A DNA stretch of 63,914 nucleotides, counting the filler, from Collodictyon triciliatum (Eukaryota), in assembly GCA_043381765.1 (NCBI GenBank). It is 15 parts of 15 records of this genome, joined end to end, with 100 filler letters (N's around TTAATTAATTAA, not from the genome) between each part and the next. Parts side by side here need not be neighbours in the genome. Positions count along the whole stretch, not along the records: positions 62,842 to 63,914 come from JBHJMP010006083.1; 14 more parts are not named here. One strand, 5' to 3'. The translations under genes were made by a program, and so were the position numbers. The notes beneath the pieces are model-generated. The model searched no databases. It worked only from the letters and a program-made list of their open reading frames with translations, and was not told the DNA's origin. Positions 62,932 to 63,914 of this stretch are shown here, in pieces (the stretch's first letter is position 1; each line of letters starts with the position of its first letter).

Positions 62932-63770
62932 AATCATGTTTATCGTTTCGAGTATATTCCAGCTTGTAGAGTAATACTCCGAAGGTGATTTCCAAATCTT
63001 TGTGTGAAAAAAAAAAGCTAATTAGTAAGTACAAATAGGCTGATATGACTCATGAAATTCTATGCTGCAATTTTTTTTTTAAAAAAAAGTCGGCTTGGAC
63101 ATGCCTGTTTTAATTCTCCTAAAATCCATCCAATACCGACAAGGCAAAATACAACAAAAATCCCTATTTCTGCACTATCATCCCCACTGTATTCATACCT
63201 ATGACAAAATGAACAGGATTATAATATATAAACAACCTCCACAAGATTCAATCCAAAGACGAATATGTATGAAGTTTAGAATGCAGTATTCAAAGGATAA
63301 TAATATAATTACTTTATTTGCAAGATAAGGGAGCTTACCATGCATACGGGCCATCACAACGCAAACAATCAGATTGGTCACACCGGACATTTTTATGTAA
63401 TGCGAATATCGGATAATTGGTTTTCAACAAATTATGGTATATATTAATGGCATCAAACTATAGCTAAAATCCTTGGAAAAAAAAAACCTTATAAGTGGAT
63501 AACTTATAATCCTTCGTGTTGGTTCAATGCGCCCAGAGGGAGACAGTTCGAAAAGCTGGATGGTCGTAGATTTATTAACATACTAAGATATCCCACAGTT
63601 TTGTATCTAGAAATTAACCAATTCTTCTATAATTCATGTATAATTAGTTCGCAGCATAGAAGGAGGGGTTGTATTACATATTCGACGGAAGTAATGAAGC
63701 CCAAATTTGCATTAAAGAAGGAAAAATCAATGGAAACGGCTCTTGTGGGCTTATCGATCCAGTCATGATT
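62932..63770 (-). CDS. Polycystin-2 (PKD2/TRPP)-like channel, four internal exons (63770-63678, 63555-63488, 63198-63105, 62997-62932)
   Basis: WIDKPTRAVSIDFSFFNAN...LFELSPSG...PLIRY...FCL...ELKQI...YYSTSWNILE follows the polycystin domain into S2-S3. Confidence 0.8.
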
Positions 63771-63914
63771 CTATATTAAGTGGATTTTAAATCAAGTAAC
63801 TCACTGGGGTCACTTGAACCCCCCCCCCCCCCCCCCAAACACACCCCTCCCTTTTTTTTTTCTTTTAGGATAACATAAAAATATTCATGTTTTTCGGTAA
63901 AATTCATATATTGA

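Overview
Eukaryotic (intron-rich, probably flagellated protist) draft genome. The window is not contiguous: it is 15 short (mostly ~4.5 kb) unrelated contigs joined by an artificial N44-TTAATTAATTAA-N44 spacer, and many contigs break at microsatellites. Spliced genes traced by hand: bacterial/organellar-type glutamyl-tRNA synthetase, UAP56/SUB2 DECD helicase, two related LRR genes, two paralogous DUF4062(TIR-like)-NACHT NTPases, a cyclin, Rab23, a MORN protein, BBS7 (first exon), a CYP86/704-clan-like P450, a glutaredoxin-DEP-reticulon-like fusion, an NHL protein, a PKD2-like channel fragment and two multi-pass membrane proteins. Two related L1-clade LINE families are present as 3' fragments. 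The most notable observations are: (i) ultra-short (18-68 nt) LINE 3'-end insertions with 16-19 bp target-site duplications, two of which stop at the same nucleotide; (ii) an AT-AC intron in Rab23 whose donor fits neither the U12 nor the U2 consensus, alongside at least four GC-AG introns; (iii) an LRR family with a conserved cap exon and nucleotide-identical frameworks around variable beta-strands; (iv) the Grx-DEP-reticulon architecture. All calls come from visual motif recognition; no searches were run.
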